Positions 52,154 through 64,000 of a DNA stretch of 64,000 nt are shown here, piece after piece. A model generated the notes under the pieces. The model was not told where the DNA came from. It saw nothing but the letters and a program-made list of their open reading frames with translations, and searched no databases. The stretch comes from Octopus sinensis (lineage: Eukaryota): NCBI RefSeq assembly GCF_006345805.1, contig NC_042999.1, forward strand, positions 13,268,001-13,332,000, read 5' to 3'. The stretch's first letter is position 1. Each line of letters starts with the position of its first letter. Made by a program: the position numbers and the translations under genes.

Positions 52154-52188
<35 letters not shown>

Positions 52189-52335
52189 TGTATGTATGTA
52201 TGTATGTATACGACGGGTTTTTTCACAGAGCTCTGGTAGGCCCAAGCCAAGGCTATAGCAGAAGACACTTACCCAAAGTTCCACGCAGTAGGACTGAACC
52301 CGGAACCACACAGGTTTCACACAGCCACACCTTAG
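51940..52335 (-). mobile_element. SINE family A, diverged
   Basis: Reverse-complement tail, (TATG)n and head remnants. Confidence 0.8.
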
Positions 52336-52895
52336 GTTAAACATTATGGAGCAATATTAGGGCCAAAGACTTCGCGATATGTGTGAACCAGACATACTTT
52401 TGAAGGAGATTTTGCGGCGATTTCTAGCATTTTGAATCGTACCAAAGAAACTTCTTTGATGGATCAACACAATTTTGTTTTTCACCATTCCGAGTCGGAA
52501 AAAAAAACGAACCAGTTAAATACCAGAAACAATATAACCAACTGTACCACGCGCACGTAGTCTTGTGGTTAGACTATTGAACTCCCGATGCGGTTTCGAG
52601 TCCCAAACAAGCTGCGCGTTGTGTTCCTAAGCAAAGCACTTCCTTTCACGTCGCTCCAGTTTATTCAACGGTAAATGGGCTGCTCTGAAATGGACTAGCC
52701 TACTAACCAGGGGGGAATGTTGGCCTGTTCGCCTCACCAGCGGGGTGACATCATTCTAAAACTAAAACGTTGCAAAGCGTATTGTGTGTGACCAGCGATA
52801 TATTTAACCACATCCGACAGTCTGGTGGGTCACGTTATCATGTGGTATACATATATAAATATGTTTTATTGTGTATATGTATGTGTATGAGAGTA

Positions 52896-52958
<63 letters not shown>

Positions 52959-52974
52959 ACACACACACATGTTG

Positions 52975-53207
52975 CATATCTAGATGTGCTCATATATATT
53001 TAAATGATAAACCTCCAGCAAGTTCTACAGATTTTTACAGTTCCACTGATGGATTAGATCTGTAGTCTTCGAATTAGCTTTCTCCTTTCTGGTTTTAAGA
53101 AGTCTAATTTCGCAAGATTGATATTTAGGTAGTGTGTTACATATCCCCGGGCCCCGATAATTACAGGTATAAACTTGAACTTGTAATTTGAATATAGTAA
53201 CTGCAGA
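52975..53207 (-). mobile_element. RLE-type LINE 3' end, second family
   Basis: LQLLYSNYKFKFIPVIIGARGYVTHYLNINLAKLDFLKPERRKLIRRLQI*SISGTVKICRT; next to (CA)n. Confidence 0.75.
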
Positions 53208-53726
53208 TTTCTCAATAGTTCAGTGTGCGTGTTCTCTTTTTCACTAATCTTCAGCTTTATGCTAATGAATGAATGAATGTATGTATGTATGTATGTATGT
53301 ATGTATGTATTATGTATGTATTATGTGCATATATATGTGTGTGCATGCATGTATGTTTGTTCGTTTGTGTTTGTACGTAATTTATTACGTACAATAAATA
53401 AGATAAGCAGAAAAACAGTAGAAACAATGGAACGAACTAACAAATCTCTTTACGAACCAACAATCAATATTCCTTGTGAACTAACCAGCTGACACCTTCT
53501 GACTTTACTGCAAACTAACACGAACTTCACTTGACTCCGAACTCTGATCTTTGAACTCAGTGGGATCGTTACTAACTATACTTTACTCAGACCAGTCTAT
53601 CTCACAAAGGGGCGTCCTAACTGTCATCACAACAGTTTTTTTGTTCTTCAATGGCTGTCCCGGTGTATTTTCCATTGGTTTGATCCAATCAACGGCACTG
53701 CACCAAAATTATACTAAATAAGTAGT

Positions 53727-53958
53727 TATTTCTTCACTACCCACAAGGGGCTAAACACAGAGGGGACAAACAAGGACAGACAAACGGATGAAGTCGATTA
53801 CATCGACTCCAGTGCGTAACTGGTACTTAATTCATCGACCCCGAAAGGATGAAAGGCAAAGTCGACCTCGGTGGAATTTGAACTCAGAACGTAAAGACAG
53901 ATGAAATACCGCTAAGCATTTCGCCCGGCGTACTAACGTTTCTGCTAGCTCGCCGCCT
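53727..53958 (-). mobile_element. SINE family B monomer with perfect 18-bp TSD
   Basis: ttatactaaataagtagt at 53709-53726 and 53959-53976. Confidence 0.93.
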
Positions 53959-54673
53959 TTATACTAAATAAGTAGTCTGTCAACTCTAGTACAATTAATG
54001 TAATCCTCAAGTTTACCTAATTTTAATCAGCAGGCTTTTGTCGACTCGATGTTACACGGGAAGACATTTAATTTGCTGTACAGTGTGATCGAACCAAGGA
54101 CCCCATGATTCGTAACCGACCTTTTAACCACTCATCGACACCTTCCTCTTTTCCCTCATACGCTCTCACGCAGATCTTTACAGGTTTTTGTACTTTCATT
54201 AATCCATATGCGCGTCACGTTATTTTCTATTCAGCAAAATTAATCATTGACAGTTGACATTTTTCTCTGTTTTACGTGATGTGTTTACCATTAACTGTAA
54301 TTAAAACAATACTGTTAATTAGTCTCCAATACATATTTTAAAAAATTACTTCAAAAGTTTGCTTTTAAATGAAACAAAAAACAACTGCAATTTTTCCCGA
54401 ACGCATGACTCCAGGTTCGGTCCCACCCGAAGACGGAGACGGAAAGAATCTTTCTCACCTAAATGCCTGCATCCGAACTGCTGGAATCCCTCGATACCCT
54501 CAATTAGCTTGAAGCGAGATCGAAATGTAAATCTGTGAACTCATATGGTTATTCAGTTCTATATTTAAGAGATGAGGAGTTATGTACATTATTTACATTT
54601 ACGGGCATATGACGTAGTGGTTAAGAGCGCGGGCTACTAACCCCAAGATTCCGAGTTCGATTCCAAGCAGTGA

Positions 54674-54710
<37 letters not shown>

Positions 54711-54720
54711 TAATAATATG

Positions 54721-55284
54721 GCCACCAAATGCCCTGATGCAGTACCATGTAGTGGCTCTCATGGCTTCTAATCTTAACTGATTGGAAGTGTTATCATGTA
54801 CATTGTTTTGTCTTGTTATAAAAGATGGGCTACAGCAAATATTCTGCTCAATACCACAGATTTGCTTGTCAGTTGTTTGACCTTAACCAATTGATCGTGT
54901 CCCTTAGTGGATGATGATATGTGTATCTCTGATCACGAGCAGAAGTAGTGGGGGAACATCATAGCCATGTGTTGTGAGGGACTCTTTGGGGTTTGAATAA
55001 CTCACCCCTGGAAACATGGGTGTTTCGTTCAACATCCTTAAACAACCCTTATTCAGGGACCTTTCGAGCGGGATGGGTTACTCGACCAGAAGAAAATTCT
55101 AACTGGGCCCCACCTGCAAGGTCATGTGCTGTTTATCTTGACATGAGATCACCATGTCGCGCACATATGGTTGTGATGCATGTGCCTGGTGTACCCTTAT
55201 CAGACGGGTAGTCATGATGGGTATACTGGGCTTCGTATATTTTACCCCAGTGTCACTTTGATGGCATGTACTGCTCTCTCACTC
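54721..55284 (+). mobile_element. about 560-bp repeat embedded in (AAT)n
   Basis: Reverse complement of 45328-45859; (AAT)n on both sides. Confidence 0.88.
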
Positions 55285-55320
<36 letters not shown>

Positions 55321-55856
55321 CGAAACGTAGCGGTTCAGTAAAAGACACCGATAGACGAAGTACCAGGCTTTACAAGAAAATATTAAATAAATAAATTATA
55401 TGTACTGGGATCGATTCATTCGACTAAAATTCTTCAAGGCGACGCCTCGGCATGGCCACAAAAGTGTGAAACAAGTCTAAGATAAAAGATATCTGATAAA
55501 GATTAAATAACTTTTATGGCGAGACCCCAAACGATGAAAAGCAAAGTTGATCTCACATCGTATAGGGATGGAACGTATTTTTCTTTGAAATCTTCATCCA
55601 ATCCCTAGCCCCTAAAATAAAAGCAATAAAATAGTTTCAGAGAAAGACATAAGAAGTAATTATGAGGGACCAGGGTGAGTCGATTACATCAAAGCCAGTT
55701 TTTGACTGTTGGCTTTATCGACCTGAAAAAGGATGAAAAGCAAAGCTGACCTCGACGCCATTTGCACTTAAAATGTGAAGAACTGGAACAAATACATCAA
55801 GATATCTTTTACCCGAAGATCTAACATTTCTTATAATCCGCCGCTCTTGAATTAAA

Positions 55857-56105
55857 GGTGGAGGCGCGTGGCTTGGTGGTTAGGGTGTTGGACTCATGAT
55901 CGTAAGATTGTGGTTTCGATTCCTGGACCGGGTGATGCGTTGTGTTCTTGAGCAAAACACTTCATTTCACCTTGCTCTAGTCCACTCAGCTGGCAAAGAT
56001 GAGTTAATCCTGCGACGGACCGGCGTCCCGTCCAGGTGGGGAATTTCTACACCACTGAAACCGGGAAACCGGCCCTTATGAGCCTGGCATGGCTCGAGAA
56101 GGAAA
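55857..56105 (+). mobile_element. SINE family D-type
   Basis: gtggaggcgcgtggcttggtggttaggg head; tail cccttatgagcctggcatggctcgagaagg. Confidence 0.85.
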
Positions 56106-56579
56106 CATTTATTTATTTATTGAATAAAAGCCAACAGTAGAATATTGGGTTCAAATTTTGGTACAAGGCCAGGAATTTGGGGGCGGGGTAGTCGATTACA
56201 TCGACTCCAGTATTCGACTGGTATTTAATTTATCGACCTCGAAACGATAAATGGTAAAGTCAACCTCGGCGGAATTAAAACTCAGAACGTAAGGACAGAC
56301 GAAATATCGCTAAGCATCTTGTCCGGCATGCCATCGATTCTGCTTGCTCGCTGCTTTATAGGAATCCATAAAATATATAACAAATAAAACTACTTTCTTT
56401 TATCTGCCAACAGCGGAAAATGTCGCAGTTGTTAGAAGAAAACATTTGAGATTTGCTCGGCGTGATAATCATCCAGCCAGCTCGCTGCTTCATTAAGACT
56501 TCGATAAAACTTAGATATGCTTCGACCAAAGATTGGTCTAGGTCATGTCTAACTTAATAGCACTACCTGATAGGATTAT

Positions 56580-56890
56580 CTAAATCCTGTTTAAGTCACG
56601 TTTTGTTTATGGTCCATTCAAGTAGTGAGTTCTTGCTGAGTGAGTTGTATCCAGGTGGCTTATCTGGTATTCCTTGAAGAAATTTGTCCAGACTCCGTTT
56701 AAAGGTGATGGGATCCTTTTCCTCTTTGATCAGTTTTGGGACAATCTTAAACAGGGCAGGGCCTGTTAAGGAGAAGAAATTATGTCGCAGTGTACCTATA
56801 TGTTGCGATCCTGAATTGGGCAGGGGACATATGGCCCGTGGTCCCAGCCTTGGATGAACCTTGAAACTAATGTTCAGGTCATTATGCTGC
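56580..56890 (-). mobile_element. CR1/L2-group LINE 3' end
   Basis: HPRLGPRAI...HNFFSLTGPALFKIVPKLIKEEKDPITFKRSLDKFLQGIPDKP.GYNS...NSLLEW. Confidence 0.75.
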
Positions 56891-56904
56891 ACTAATACTC
56901 TTTT

Positions 56905-57303
56905 ACTCATGTACTTGTTTCAGTCATTTGACTGCGGCCATGCTGGAGCACCGCCTTGAGTCGAGCAAATCGACCCCACGATTTATTTTCTTTGTAAGCC
57001 TAGTACTTATTCTAACGGTCTCTTTCGCCGAACCGCTAAGTTACGGGGACGTAAACACACCAGCATCGGTTGTCAAGCGATGCTGGGGGACAAACAAAGA
57101 CACACAAACATAGACACGCACATACACATATACATATATATGACGGGCTTCTTTCAGTTTCCGTCTACCAAATCCACTGACAAGGCTTTGGTCGGAACGA
57201 GGCTATAGTAGAAGACACTTGCTCAAGGTGCCACGCAGTGGGAATGAACCCCAAACCATGTGGTTGGTAAGCAAGCTACTAAACACACAGCCACTCCTGC
57301 GCC
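56905..57303 (-). mobile_element. SINE family A, full length
   Basis: Reverse complement of the canonical copy. Confidence 0.92.
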
Positions 57304-57309
57304 TAATAA

Positions 57310-58030
57310 TAATAATAATTTATTCGTTTATTGGCCACAAGGGCTGAAAAAAAACAATTAAAAACATATAGGGACAAAACACAGGACGAAAGTTACAAAA
57401 AGGGTTTTGTTCGTTTGAAAAAGGTCCGTGTACAAAAGCAGGATGACAATGAAAAATAAGTAACAATTAAAACTCCCAATAGGGGGAGGCGCTTCGAAAG
57501 GTTACTCGTGGAAAAACCCATAAAAGCCACGGGAGCCTGGTCAAAAGGGGGTAGAGAGCCCCTTTCTCCTTTTATATTTCCTTTTAATTCTCACAGGTGT
57601 ATCCTCAGAATTGGTCCGTTCATACTGGCCATTCTTGCGACATTCACCCACCTTTCAATAAACTTGCTACCAGACAGCACTTCTCTCACTACTTGGCCCA
57701 GTGTTTAGGGCAAGGGACTCGCGGTCGTAGGATCGCGGTTTCGATTCCCAGACCGGGCATTGTGAGTGTTTATTGAGTAAAAACACTTAAAGCTCCACGA
57801 TGCTCCGGCACAACTTTCACTCCTTTTCAAGTGAAACTTGAAAAAGTTGATGAGGCCTTGGCCAAAGAGGAAAGTGTCTGACCTTAACCCTTTCAAACGG
57901 GTCCACCATATCACCTCTTTCGCTACAGCCACTAGGCAAAGGAAAACTGCCTTGCCCTCCCGGTTAAAGGAGGTCGGCGAGGCAATCTTCACTATGGATT
58001 CAGCTGATAGCCGAATCCTCCTATACGCGA
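57310..58030 (-). mobile_element. L1/Tx1-like LINE 3' end interrupted by a SINE C fragment (57708-57815)
   Basis: AVFLCLVAVAKEVIWWTRLKG...LINFFKFHLKR // REVLSGSKFIERWVNVARMASMNG...*; 3' UTR ends cccttgtggccaataaacg + (ATT)n. Confidence 0.7.
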
Positions 58031-59280
58031 CGAGTTCAAATTCCACCGAGGTCGACTTTGCCTTTCATCCTTTCGGGGTCGATTAAATAAGTGCCAGTAA
58101 ATCACTGGGATCGATATAATCGACTTAATCCCCTTGTCTGTCCTTGTTTGTCCTCTCTATGTTTAGCCCCCTGTGGGCAATAAAGAAATAAATAATAATA
58201 ATCCGAGAAGTAGGTGCAAGTTGCAGAAATGTGAACAGCAGTAGTAGCAGCAGTAGAGGAATACATAACAACACAGGCAGCAGTAGAAATATATATATGA
58301 GCAGTAGAGAAGCAGCAGTAGAAATATTAGCAGCAGTGGAATATAAGCAGTAGTAGTATAAGTTTAAAATAGAAACGGCTGATAATAAAGCAGCAGGAGC
58401 GGGCGGCGGCGACGGTGTTGCTGGTAGTGGTTGGAGTAGTACTAATAATAGGAGTAGTAGTAATAGTAGTAGTCGTGTAGTAGTAGTGGCAGCAGCAGCA
58501 GCAGCAGCAGCAGGAATAGCCCCTCTGACCGCAATACATTTTAGAAACCTGCTGCCTTTGCCTGCTGCTGCTGGTCTTTTTCTTGTTATTGTTGTTGTTT
58601 GTTTTCCTGAAATATGTAAAAATCTATGCGTTAGCGACATCAGTTCCACATGACATCTTTGAATGGTGATTACTTTAATAATAATAATAAATAACAATAA
58701 TTGTGTAATAAAATAATAATAATAACATTATTATTATTTGCATTATATAAAAACAAACATTTCATAACAAACAATGATGAATAACAATAATTATTTAATA
58801 TTAATTAATAATTTATGCACCCATTTTTACCTTTTCTCATTTCCCCCCCCCTTCGTAAATTCTTAAAGTTTGTCTCCTATTTTGGGGACCTTTTTTGGTT
58901 CATTTCTACACTCCTATCTATGGAAGGAGTCTCACACACACACATACACACATACACACTCCCTCTCTCTCTCTTTCTCTCTTTCACTCCTTCCTCTCTT
59001 CCTCTCTCACTCCTCTTTCTCTCCCTCTTTCTATTTCTCGAAGTAGGATTTTATATATCTCGAGTTATTTTCCTTCCTTTAATACACCGCCGCCGCCGCC
59101 TCCTCCACTTCCTATATTCACGGCATCATATGCCCTTCCTTTCACTATCTCCACTTTCACCGTCGCCATCACCACTACCATTATCGCATTTACTGCTCCT
59201 TTAAGTGGACGCTCAACCTGCTAGAAATGACAGCCAAATCTCCCTCAAATAAAAAAACACCTTACATAAATGGAAGCTGT

Positions 59281-59644
59281 GTCATATGAAATTGTCACCC
59301 ATAATTATGACCCTAGTATCGATCTTAGGGTTAAAGTTAGTTAGGGTTAGGGGTGGGGGAAGGGTATCTTTTTTTCTTCAGAAATGTAAATAAACCCAAT
59401 CTGTTTCTTAAACGAGGGACATATTCATACGGCACAGAATGTATTCACCTCAAGAGACGTCATTGATTGGTTGAAATTGCAGAAATTGAAGAAAAAAACA
59501 ACAAATATCTTACAAACTACAGAATTTTCTCAATAAAGCCAAGAGAAAAAGATGTTTTAAAAACACATTCTACCAGTATACGAAGTTTAAAACTTTTTAG
59601 TTACGTGGTATTTTTAAAAACTGCCGTTCAAACCGAAAAGATCC
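59281..59644 (+). mobile_element. second, 5'-truncated copy of the TTAGGG-bearing Merlin-like element
   Basis: Colinear with about 39768-40172 and ending ccgttcaaaccgaaaagatcc; shorter TTAGGG tract. Confidence 0.85.
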
Positions 59645-60059
59645 TAGACTACAATATATATTTACCAAAAGACAAGATGGCCACGGTTGGAATGTCTTTG
59701 ATGACGTAAGACTGCTTGATCTGAATGACCTGGAGCTAAACAACGAGAACAGTAATAAGCATACCAGTAATGTAGGAAGTCCCCTCCACATTGTAACAGA
59801 GTGGTTAAGATATTTCGTTTCACAACAACGGGATTTCGAGTTCGATTCCACTGTTCGACACCTTGAGGGTAGACTAAAGCTTTGTGAGTGAAACTTGCTA
59901 GCGGGGAAACTGTAAGGAAACCCGTTGAAAAGGCTCTCTACTGCGATATACAGTGTTGTCTTAACGCCTATGCGCAGTGGGCAGTTGTCTAGGGGCCCTC
60001 ACGGGTTGTGGGAACCAAGGTCCAAGGGCATTGATTTTCCCGGTGGGGAAAGTGGGGAC

Positions 60060-60257
60060 AGTAGCGTTGCTAAGACGGCCTTGGCTCTTGTGTGTGTGTG
60101 GGGGGGGGTAAGATAGTGGCGAGCTCGAGAGTGTATTGTCGGGGGGAAGCCCTTGAGCTCCGCTCCTGGACCACAAGCCTATACAAGCTTAAAACATCTG
60201 ACCCCAAAGTGCCGCCTTCTATAAAATTCCTCTCACCCTCACCCAAGCTACGTTACA
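60060..60257. mobile_element. hAT-like MITE
   Basis: Ends cagtagcgttgct / agctacgttacag resemble CAGTGGCGTAGC-type TIRs; GC-rich interior. Confidence 0.4.
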
Positions 60258-60537
60258 GCTGTGGAGGGTGTTTTTAGGTGATGCAGATGTGGTCAAGTGA
60301 TCAATCAGAAAGGATATCATACGGATCGTTACCTTTTGACCGACAGGTTTAAAAAATAATTTTTTGTAACTAAACACTTTCAAACTTCAGACACTGGTAG
60401 AATGTGTCACATAAAACATGCTTTACCCCTAGCATTTTTGAGAAAAACTTATATTTACGAAGTTATTTCACGTTAAAGTTGTCGGTGTTCGGAAATTTCA
60501 ACCAATCAAGGCCTATCAATACAAATGGGTAAATTTT

Positions 60538-61232
60538 CATACGATTTTCACTAAGACAAAAAAAAAAATCGTTTTTTGGGGTGGAATCAACTACCCTGAC
60601 CTCCTAATATGCTGCAAATCCCCAATTTTGGTTCGGAAAAAGTGGGCGTAGGGGATATGTTTAATAACGAACCTTGTAATTCAGACTCTGGAAAATATAT
60701 TTATTAAAAATGTTTTTTTTCTTAAACACACACGATAAAGTCTACAAATTTAAGATGTTTTTGAAAGATACTATGTACTATCATCAGAATATGTAGACTT
60801 TCTCACACAACAATTAAGATCTATTTATTCTAAGTCGTTTATGTTTATTTTAAATTCTTCATGTTTTTCTCTCCCCCCTCCCCACACAAATTACTTTGGT
60901 GCGATTTATATTTTTATCTTATATTCATTAGTGAAAATCGTGCAAATGAAAAGATCAATGGGAGTGGGGGTGAAATTTCCGAGGTTTCCACCTCACCCCA
61001 CCCCGTATTTCGGACCCCAAAAAGGGTTTTCTAGCATATTAGGAGATCACAGGAATTCATTCAACGAAAAAAAGAAAAAAAATTCCAATGGTTTCGGGAT
61101 AGGAGAGGGGGGATTCCTCCCTTCTTCCCAACCAAAATAAGGGATTTGCAGCATATTAGGAGGTCAGGGTACTTGATTCCAAGCAAAAAATCCGAGATTT
61201 TTTTTTTCTTTTTCCTAATGAAAGTCGTGCGG
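60538..61232. mobile_element. foldback-like element with about 95-bp inverted arms
   Basis: Core arms aatcaactaccctgacctcctaatatgctgcaaatcccc / gggatttgcagcatattaggaggtcagggtacttgatt, extending outward with lower identity. Confidence 0.6.
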
Positions 61233-61869
61233 GTGTTAATATAAAAATCTATCCAAGGTAAGGTGTTAATATAAAAATTTACCCCCAAAATTAAATTTAC
61301 CCACAAATGTGTACCCAACAACTTTGTTTCCGCATAACTTTCAGAAAAATGAATATTTTTTAATGAAATTTTCTACAAATCCGTTTCAGATAGTGCACAT
61401 TCCGATTATACAGAATGTTTTAACAAAATTATTTCGGGGCGGTGGGAGAGGACTTTCAAAAAATTCTCATGAATCGGCTTTGTTTCCTCATTACTTTCAG
61501 AAATACTTGTTTATTTTACTTGTTTCAGTCATTTGACTGCGGCCATACTGGAGCACCGTCTTTAGTCAAGCAAATCGACCCCAGTACTTATTCTTTGTAA
61601 GCCTAGTACTTATTCTATCGGTTACTTTTGCCGAACCGCTAAGTTACGGGGACGTAAATACACCAGCATCGGTTGTCAAGCGATGTTGGGGGGACAATCA
61701 CAGACACACAAACACACCTACACACACACACATATACATATACATATATACGATGGGCTTCTTTCAGTTTCCGTCTACCAAATCCAATCACAAGTCTTTG
61801 GTCGGCCCGAGGCTAGAGTAGAAAATATTTGCCCATTTTTTTTCTCTTTAATTTTCTACATGTACCCAT

Positions 61870-62240
61870 TTCTTTACTACCCACAAGGGACTAAACACAG
61901 AAAGGACAAACAAGGACAGACAAACGGATTAAGTCGATTATATCAATACCAGTGCGTAACTGGTACTTATTTAATCGACCTCGAAAGGATAAAAGGCAAA
62001 GTCGACCTCGGCGGAATTTGAACTCAGAACGTAGCGGCAGACGAAATACCTATTTATTTCTTTATTACCCACAAGGGGCTAAACACAGAGAGGACAAACA
62101 AGGACAGACATAGGTATTAAGTCGATTACATCGACCCCAGTGCGTAACTGGTACTTAATTTATCGACCCCGAAAGGATGAAAGGCAAAGTTGACCTCGGC
62201 GGAATTTGAACTCAGAACGTAGCGGCAGACGAAATACCGT
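61870..62240 (-). mobile_element. SINE family B dimer
   Basis: Two reverse-complement units; both start at the internal ggtatttcgtc site. Confidence 0.9.
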
Positions 62241-62612
62241 TGGAGTGGTTACGGTTTTACGAATAAGTCTATTAGTCAATTAGTCTGGCAATCATTCCGG
62301 GCAAATGTTTCGTGCACGCTAATATTTATAGCTTTATCTACTTCGAGTTCTACTGTTAAAAGTAATTTACTTCGAGTATCAGTTATTCGAATATTTGATG
62401 TCCAACCGGAATATCGAATATCTTTGTTCTTCTGTTTTGATGTTGTTATTCTGTTATCCATTCTTTCCTCTCCATCCAACGATGGTTATCTTTATTTCAG
62501 TCTATCGGATAATTGATGAAATAAATCACACGAAACAGAACCGCTTCTGCAACTGAAATGTCTGTAATAATAATATAAATTAATGAAATTCGTTTTTACC
62601 ATATAAGTTTCT

Positions 62613-63185
62613 TTATTGGCCACACAGGGCCGCACACAGATGGGACAAGTTACAAGGTAGAGCTTTTCTTTTGGTGGAGAAAAAAAAAAGCTGGCGTAGG
62701 TTTTCGATCAAAAGGGATCGTAAAAGGGAAAAAAGAACAAGAAAAAAGAAAAAAAGAAAAAAAAGGAAAAGAAAAAAAAAGAAAAAAAGCGAAAGCAAAA
62801 GAAAAAAGGGGAAAAAGAAAAGAAAAATGAAGAAAGAAGAAAAAAGAGGAAAAAAGGGGGAGAGGATAAAAAAAAACGATCAATAGGGATCGTGTATCAC
62901 AGTGTCATGATGTATGGTGTAAAGGGGAAAGCAAGTAAGGTTTATCCGTGGGAAGAAAAGCCTACGAAAAAGACCACGGTAACCTTGGTCAATATTGTTA
63001 TATGTTACCACATTTGTTTGCAAGTGGGTAACCCTCTGTTTTCAATTTCTGGGTTCATAGGATTATGCTCAAGGTGGCTTCGTCATTCATACGTGCCATC
63101 CTTGCTACATTCACCCATCTTTTTTTAAAACGTTCGCTAGACAAAACTTGCCTCTCTACTCTCACTTTCCTTTTCAAGTGGTATG
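62613..63185 (-). mobile_element. L1/Tx1-like LINE 3' end with long pyrimidine/purine tract
   Basis: YHLKRKVRVERQVLSSERFKK/WVNVARMARMNDEATLSIIL*, homologous to 57310-58030; ends ccctgtgtggccaataaa. Confidence 0.7.
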
Positions 63186-63224
63186 GATAGACAGATAGAC
63201 ATAGCAATATTTAGTAACGTTGAG

Positions 63225-63945
63225 GCACGAGTTGGTGGAATCGTTAGCGAGCTGGGCAAAATGCTTAGCGGCATTTCGTCCTCCTTTACGTTCTGAGTTC
63301 AAATTCCGCCGAGGTCGACTTTGCTTTTCATCCTTTCGGGGTTGATTAAATAAGTACCAGTTACACACTGGGGTGGAAGTCATCGACTTAATCCGTTTGT
63401 CTTTCCTTGTTTGTCCACTCTGTGTTTAGACCCTTGTGGGTAGTAAAGAAATAGGCATTTCGTCTGCCGTTACGTTCTGAGTTCAAATTCGGCCGAGGTC
63501 GACTTTGCTTTTCATCCTTTCGCGATCGATAAAATAAGTACCAGTTGGGCGCTGGGGGTCGATATAATCGACTTAATCCGTTTGTCTGTCCTTGTTTGTC
63601 CACTCTGTGTTTAGTTCCTTGTGGGTAGTAAAGAAATAGGTATTTCGTCTGCCGTTACGTTCTGAGTTCAAATTCGGCCGAGGTCGACTTTGCTTTTCAT
63701 CCTTTCGCGATCGATAAAATAAGTACCAGTTGGGCGCTGGGGTTCGATATTATCGACTTAATCCGGTTGTCTGTCCTTGTTTGTCCACTCTGTGTTTAGA
63801 CCCTTGTGGGTAGTAAAAAAATAAGTATTTCGTCTGCCGTTACGTTCTGAGTTCAAATTCCGCCGAGGTCGACTTTGCTTTTCATCTTTTCGAGATCGAT
63901 AAAATAAGTACCAGTTGGGCGCTGGGGGCCGATATAATTGACTAC
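63225..63945 (+). mobile_element. SINE family B tetramer
   Basis: Head then restarts at 63454, 63639 and 63824 (185-bp period). Confidence 0.9.
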
Positions 63946-64000
63946 ACTCCTTCTCCCGAACTTTCTGGCCTTTTTCCAAAATTTGAAATTTACAGGTTTG

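Noticed and set aside
53390-53700. Solo LTR
   Set aside because: AATAAA and CCAAT-like motifs are present, but I found no clear TG...CA ends, TSD, PBS or second copy.
54602-54675. tRNA gene
   Set aside because: A and B boxes are present but the acceptor stem does not close; it runs into (AAT)n like a SINE head.
62276-62479. 67-aa minus-strand ORF
   Set aside because: Closed by an upstream stop without an acceptor; the opposite strand is equally open; no motif.

Overview
AT-rich, repeat-saturated animal DNA with no intact host gene that I can recognise. The SINE families, microsatellite load and LINE remnants look like coleoid cephalopod (Octopus-like) non-coding DNA; this is inferred from recalled repeat sequences, not from a database search. 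Contents: about 40 copies of at least four tRNA-derived SINE families, very long (TA)n/(CA)n/(TATG)n/(AAT)n/(GAT)n tracts (source of nearly all ORFs in the supplied track), and decayed fragments of mariner/Tc1, hAT, Tigger-like, Merlin-like, Helitron-like, RTE, CR1/L2, L1/Tx1, RLE-type (R4/Dong-like) LINE and Penelope-like elements. Most notable observations: (1) head-to-tail SINE multimers, three of them enclosed by a single target-site duplication, which restart at one fixed internal site complementary to the SINE 3' end, suggesting structure-guided template jumping; (2) a sequence-intact minimal type I hammerhead ribozyme at 5853-5895 (-) inside an inverted Penelope-type repeat, plus several decayed hammerhead cores; (3) a phase-compatible micro-exon and terminal exon of a possible unidentified + strand gene (17239-17269, 21217-21415); (4) a near-identical 1088-bp tandem duplication with SINE microhomology at its breakpoints; (5) a Merlin-like non-autonomous element carrying TTAGGG repeats. 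Repeat boundaries were read by eye and may be off by some bases.
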